DNA from: Planctomycetota bacterium
GTDB lineage: Bacteria; Planctomycetota; Phycisphaerae; UBA1845; PWPN01
Direction: 5' to 3'
Length of the DNA: 64,000 nt
NCBI GenBank assembly: GCA_022711465.1
Contig: JAKLEZ010000024.1
Span: 17,938 to 81,937 of the forward strand
The notes beneath the pieces are model-generated. The model made no database searches. It had not been told where the DNA came from and was given only the letters and a program-made list of their open reading frames with translations. The first letter of the stretch is position 1. Every line of letters begins with the position of its first letter. Positions 61,098 through 64,000 of this stretch are shown piece by piece. The position numbers and the translations under genes are program-made.

Positions 61098-61865
61098 GTG
61101 ACCGTGAAGAACAAGCTGCGTCAGGCGCTACTCGAACGCAAGCTGTGCCTTGGAGCGTGGATGCAGATCGGCCATCCGGCCTGTGCCGAGATCTTCGCCC
61201 GGGCCGGATTCGACTGGGTTTGCGTTGACTTGGAGCACGGGGCGATCGATCTGGAGACGACGGCGGACATCTTCCGTACCCTTGATGGTTTCGACTGTGT
61301 GCCGGTGGCGAGGTTGCCGCTCAATGATCCGGTGTGGATCCATCGCACGCTGGATGCCGGAGCTCGCGGGATCATCATCCCCATGGTCAAGACCGCTGGG
61401 GAAGCCGAGGCCGCCATCCGCGAGAGCAAGTACCCGCCCCGCGGGGCCCGCGGTTATGGATACAGCCGGGCCAGCATGCATGGAATGGACTTCAGCGAGT
61501 ACATCGCCTCGGCCAACGATGAGATCGCCATGGTGATGCAGATCGAGCACCGGGACGCGATCGCGAACATCGATGTGATCCTCGGAGTGCCAGGCGTGGA
61601 TGGGGTATTCATCGGGCCGCTCGATTTGAGCGGTTCGATGGGGATCACCGGCCAGCTCGATCATCCGCAGATGGTCGCCGCCCTCGACACCTACCGTGCT
61701 GCCTGCAGGAGTCACCGGATGGCCGCCGGCACGCACATTGTCCGGCCGAACGAGCAGAACGTTCGCAAGGCGATTGATGAAGGCTACACGCTGATCGCCC
61801 TCGGCTTGGATAACGTGTTTCTCGATGAAGGCGCGAGGGCAAGCCTGGGAGCTGCGGGAAGGTGA
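61098..61865 (+). CDS. HpcH/HpaI-family 2-keto-3-deoxy-sugar-acid aldolase
   Basis: 255 aa (start GTG 61098 or GTG 61104, after gagggagg). Motifs LGAWMQIGHPACAEIFARAGFDWVCVDLEHG, ARLPLND, GARGIIIPMV, YPPRGARG, MQIEH, DGVFIGPLDLS. Confidence 0.85.
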   Translation: MTVKNKLRQALLERKLCLGAWMQIGHPACAEIFARAGFDWVCVDLEHGAIDLETTADIFRTLDGFDCVPVARLPLNDPVWIHRTLDAGARGIIIPMVKTAGEAEAAIRESKYPPRGARGYGYSRASMHGMDFSEYIASANDEIAMVMQIEHRDAIANIDVILGVPGVDGVFIGPLDLSGSMGITGQLDHPQMVAALDTYRAACRSHRMAAGTHIVRPNEQNVRKAIDEGYTLIALGLDNVFLDEGARASLGAAGR

Positions 61866-62983
61866 ACACGATGCCTGCCGAGTGTTCGCTGGCGAGGGAC
61901 GAGGTGCCGCGTGGGGCGCCGGTACTGCCGATCGAAGATCGTGTTGAACGATTTCGCCGGTTTTACGTCCGGGCGAACGACCGGCCGTTGTTCGGCTTTT
62001 ACGTTGGCAGCGAGTATCCCCTCCTGCGTTACTCGGCGGCGCGGTCTCTGCCCGGCGGCCGGCCGCTGACGCCGGAGGACGTCGATGTCGGGCCGTATCT
62101 CCATGACTGCGATCGGCTGTATGCCGAACATGAGGCTTGCGGGGGCGACTTCATCTGGAGCGCTACAGCTTATTGGGGCATCCCATGGCTGGAAGCCGCC
62201 GTGGGCTGCCCGATTATCGCCGATCACGGTACGGGTTCTATCCGGTCCGAGCCGCCGGTGGGCTTCAACGGACCGGATAGCGTTCCCCAGTTCGATGCCT
62301 CCGCTCCCTGGATGCGCAAACTCGTGGAGTTCATCGATCGCTTGGCCGTGCGGAGCGCCGGGCGATGGCCGATTGGCACTACGCGGATGAGAGGCATTGC
62401 CGATCTGCTCTCGGCTCTCTACGGCGGCGCCGGTTTCATTTACGCCATGATGGATCGTCCGGATGAGATCATCGAGATCGGCCGCCGGCTCACCGATTTC
62501 TGGATTGCCTGCGGCCGGATGCAGCTCGAGCATGTGCCGCCGTTTCACGGTGGTGTCGGCTCCTTCTATTACCACATTTGGGCTCCCGTGGGTACCATAT
62601 GGCACCAGGAGGACGCGGCCGCCCTGCTGTCCCCTGGTTTGTACGATAGGTTCATCCGCCGGCACGATCAGCGGATCGCCGAGTCCTTCGCCGGCTGTAT
62701 CATGCACCAGCACCCGACCGCGTTCGTGCCGACGGATTCCTACATCGACATGCCCTTCACGGCCCTGGAATTGCACGTGGATGAGGGCGGGCCGGATGTC
62801 GCGGCACTGGAGCCGGTGCACCGCAGGATTCTCGCTCGCAAGCCGCTCTTGATCTGGGGGCACCTCGGCGACAACGACTTGGACCGGATCTTCACCCGGC
62901 TGCCGATGGAGGGACTGGCGGTGATGACTTGTGTGGATGGACCGGAGCAGGCTGGACGGTTGTGGCGGCGGTATGTCGGGTGA
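61862..62983 (+). CDS. Hypothetical protein, possibly URO-D-like TIM barrel (second copy in window)
   Basis: GTG 61862 overlaps the upstream stop (GTGA); the alternative is ATG 61871. The central segment (RGIADLLSALYGGAGFIYAMMDRPDEIIEIGRRLTDFW...HQEDAAALLSPGLYDRFIRRHDQRIAESF) resembles URO-D/MtaA-like family patterning. The assignment is tentative. Confidence 0.4.
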   Translation: MNTMPAECSLARDEVPRGAPVLPIEDRVERFRRFYVRANDRPLFGFYVGSEYPLLRYSAARSLPGGRPLTPEDVDVGPYLHDCDRLYAEHEACGGDFIWSATAYWGIPWLEAAVGCPIIADHGTGSIRSEPPVGFNGPDSVPQFDASAPWMRKLVEFIDRLAVRSAGRWPIGTTRMRGIADLLSALYGGAGFIYAMMDRPDEIIEIGRRLTDFWIACGRMQLEHVPPFHGGVGSFYYHIWAPVGTIWHQEDAAALLSPGLYDRFIRRHDQRIAESFAGCIMHQHPTAFVPTDSYIDMPFTALELHVDEGGPDVAALEPVHRRILARKPLLIWGHLGDNDLDRIFTRLPMEGLAVMTCVDGPEQAGRLWRRYVG

Positions 62984-63067
62984 GAGCGAAGTCCTCGCCC
63001 TCTTGAAGCCTTGGGTGCGGCCCCGAGATGGGGCCCGGGCGTTGAGACCTTTCGCGGGAGACTCGCG

Positions 63068-64000
63068 ATGGATGATCGATTGGGCCGGGAGATGGACGGA
63101 TTGCCCAGGCTGGCGTGGTATCAGGGTGTCACTGCGTATCAGTGGTGGGTCTTTGTTGTTGGAGCGATGGCCTGGTTGTTCGACTGCATGGACCAGCGGC
63201 TATTCACCATGGTTCGATCGCCTGCGTTGTCGCAACTGCTCAACTTGCCCGAGAAGAACGCCCTGGTGGTCGACTACGGAACCTATGCCACCGCGGCCAC
63301 CATGATTGGCTGGGCGGTCGGCGGTCTGTTCTTCGGCGTGGTAGGCGACCGCTGGGGGCGCGTCAGAACGTTGTCGGCATCGATCCTGGTCTATTCCCTG
63401 TTCACCGGTCTTTGCGGCCTGGCAACGACGGGGTGGGATTTCTGTCTCTACCGATTCCTGATGGGAGGTGGCATTGGCGGAGCGTTTGCGGCTGCCGCCA
63501 CGCTCATCGCCGAAACCATGCCTGATCACTCCCGCTCCACCTGCCTGGGTCTGTTCTCGGCGCTGTCGGTGCTGGGAAACATGATCGGCCTGGCCATCGG
63601 CTCACGGGTCTTTGATCCAGGCAGGCTGTATCTGGCCGGACTGTCTGGCAGCGGGGGCATACCTGGATGGCGACTCGCGTTCTTCGTCGGGGCGCTGCCG
63701 GCCCTGCTGGTGGTCCTGGTTCTACAGACGCTTAAGGAATCCGAGAGGTGGCAGAAGGCTCGACAGACCGCCGGGGAGAACCTAGAACGTCAGCTCGGTG
63801 ACCTGGGCAGCATGTTCCGCGATCGCCGCTGGCGAACCAACACGATTGTTGCGGTGACCATGGCCACGGCGGGTATCGTCGGTGTTTGGGGCGTCGCGTT
63901 CTGGTCACCTGAACTGATCACGTACGCCCTGATGCCCGCGGGCGGCATCGAGAATCTGCCCGCCGCCGAGCAGGCGGCCATGGCGGCGAGAATCAGCCAG
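63068..64000 (+). CDS. MFS transporter (3' end beyond window)
   Basis: This frame is absent from the ORF track because it has no stop before the window edge. My translation from ATG 63068 reads MDDRLGREMDGLPRLAWYQGVTAYQWWVFVVGAMAWLFDCMDQRLF...GDRWGRVRTLSASILVYSLFTGLCGLA...YRFLMGGGIGGAF...GWRLAFFVGALPALLVV, which is typical MFS (sugar/acid transporter-like). Confidence 0.75.
   Translation, partial: MDDRLGREMDGLPRLAWYQGVTAYQWWVFVVGAMAWLFDCMDQRLFTMVRSPALSQLLNLPEKNALVVDYGTYATAATMIGWAVGGLFFGVVGDRWGRVRTLSASILVYSLFTGLCGLATTGWDFCLYRFLMGGGIGGAFAAAATLIAETMPDHSRSTCLGLFSALSVLGNMIGLAIGSRVFDPGRLYLAGLSGSGGIPGWRLAFFVGALPALLVVLVLQTLKESERWQKARQTAGENLERQLGDLGSMFRDRRWRTNTIVAVTMATAGIVGVWGVAFWSPELITYALMPAGGIENLPAAEQAAMAARISQ

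Overview
GC-rich bacterial chromosomal window. It is most likely Planctomycetota, possibly Phycisphaerae-like. That assignment is an inference from two DUF1559/H-X9-DG pseudopilin paralogs, a PEP-CTERM protein, dockerin-like Ca-binding modules on giant secreted proteins, and frequent GTG/TTG starts. I call about 44 protein-coding genes plus 2-3 gene relics. I recognised no rRNA, tRNA, CRISPR array, transposase or integrase by eye.

Layout:
(1) 0-12.3 kb holds signalling and housekeeping genes: a REC-GGDEF-HD enzyme followed by two mini-PilZ ORFs, ribBA, thiE, folC, an S41 C-terminal protease, a STAS protein, an RNase HII-like protein and a Zn-ribbon membrane protein.
(2) 12.3-13.6 kb is a decayed patch with two in-frame TAA stops and a 5'-truncated oxidoreductase relic.
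(3) 13.6-30.8 kb is a cytoplasmic catabolic island. It encodes a BNR/sialidase-like protein, a URO-D-like protein, a non-Pyl MttB homolog, an amidohydrolase-aminotransferase fusion and an SSF transporter. It also carries a tight nagA-like/SDR/DSD1-like/ALDH/MFS operon and a double esterase.
(4) 31-58 kb holds two convergent arms that meet, and overlap by 18 nt, at 44.7 kb. The plus arm starts with a GntR-type regulator and the minus arm with a LacI-type regulator. Between them lie giant secreted multidomain proteins.
(5) 58-64 kb holds pcm, a signal-less GH5 mannanase, an HpcH aldolase, a second URO-D-like gene and a truncated MFS gene.

The most interesting signal is in block (4). A recurrent, apparently unnamed ~230-aa domain occurs in three adjacent genes. 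In one it stands alone as a PEP-CTERM protein. In another it is inserted into a LamG fold of one of two tandem paralogs. Four giant proteins also share a Cys-bearing dockerin-like module. A different ~190-aa repeat occurs six times in two minus-arm proteins. No cohesin partner is recognisable in the window. All family assignments come from motif recognition by eye; no database search was possible.
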